This document shows, one piece after another, positions 63,200 to 64,000 of a stretch of 64,000 nt of DNA. The position numbers and the translations under genes were made by a program. The DNA lies in NCBI GenBank assembly GCA_023205875.1, contig CP060760.1, positions 248,001 through 312,000 on the forward strand, given 5' to 3'. This DNA comes from Chloropicon primus. Lineage: Eukaryota. The notes beneath the pieces were generated by a model that was not told where the DNA came from, ran no database searches, and saw only the letters and a program-made list of their open reading frames with translations. Each line of letters begins with the position of its first letter. Position 1 is the stretch's first letter.

Positions 63200-64000
63200 C
63201 CAGCAAAATATCCACCATTCGACTCCTTGGTTTAAAGAGATCACCTGGCACGAGGCACCCTTTTTTTAGTTTTGATAAATGCAGAATGCGCAAAATATGT
63301 AAAGTATAGAATGCGACAATGCTCCGGACAAATATGGCAAACCTGTTCTCGAACTGACTCCAGTATTCGTTGACCGCGCAATCTTTCCACCACATGCATT
63401 CTTTAATGAAACTCGCAAAGAAGTGCTTGGTGCTTGGCGCTTTTCATGACAAATCTATATGTGTTTCCCCCTGCGCGCCCTCAAAGAGTCACCGTTAAAA
63501 GCCAATTTACTTAATGTAAGCATTTCCTTCAACGCGTGCCTACGTTCTAACCGATGCCAGTGAAAATAGACACACACAGACAAACACCAAAAATATAATT
63601 CCTTCGTAATACCAAATAAACTTTTTTGTATGTCAAGTAACTTGTGGTTTCATCAATATTCATAGATGTTTCCGCAATGCCCTTCTTGAAATATGATATA
63701 ATCGATAATCATTTACTGCTATCACGCAATTATGCTGCTATTATTATTTTGGTTGGGTAACCTGGACTTCGTATCTGGTAAACAACCAAACAAATGCATA
63801 TCATATCTTCTAAAAATATTGTTTCAAGAGCTGTTTAGCAGAAGGTAGCGACTGATTGTCTAATTTCCCATGCCCTTTCATTACAGCATTCATCAGAGCA
63901 TTCAGCGATATTGTCTGCTCAGAACCGAACCAGAATGCAGCCCAATTAATCCCGAGATGACTGCATAAAAATGCATCCCTTTCGGTTTAATAAATTATTC
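63200..64000. other. Low-GC segment without a confident gene
   Basis: Hand counts of three 60-nt lines at 63541-63720 give 28-35% GC, against the GC-rich remainder. No long ORFs. Confidence 0.8.

Noticed and set aside
62949..63395. 148-aa minus-strand ORF as a possible retroelement end
   Set aside because: No RT, integrase or transposase motif, and no LTR or poly(A) tail is visible.
1..64000. tRNA, rRNA, CRISPR arrays or intact transposons
   Set aside because: None recognised by eye; a tRNAscan-SE/Infernal run would be needed to exclude small RNAs.

Overview
This is a gene-dense, GC-rich eukaryotic nuclear region from a compact-genome green alga. The basis is plastid and mitochondrial targeting peptides, short GT-AG introns, TGTAA poly(A)-type signals and GA/CA microsatellites in UTRs. 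A Chloropicon-like picoalga is an inference, not a proven identity. About 36 protein genes can be supported, many reconstructed by hand across introns. They include an ATR-like 5' part, U1-C, PRMT1, GT29, SPX-EXS, YjbQ, organellar RecA, a PP2-A10-like protein, DDX6, selenoprotein K, ABCG, SppA, an EGF-GT4-GT2-KDEL glycosyltransferase, a J-protein, MYCBPAP, 6PGD, ATP synthase epsilon, DoxX, plastid L11, FAH, FAM136A, a tafazzin-like protein, an OB-fold methyltransferase, GH19, a DSP, EMC5, a NusG-like protein, COX16, a PH-Tudor protein, mS37, GH2, fibrillin, LCMT1 and SWP73. The best-supported highlight is a UGA-recoded selenoprotein K with a readable SECIS element, which the ORF track truncates. 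Other highlights are an ER-retained, bacterial-style bifunctional glycosyltransferase and several unusual domain fusions (LysRS-like OB fold plus methyltransferase, PH plus three Tudor-like domains, CBM1 plus GH19). There is also a degenerate SPX sensor, a KOW-less NusG-like gene abutting EMC5, and an abrupt low-GC segment at the right end. All family calls come from motif recognition and recalled sequences; no searches were run.
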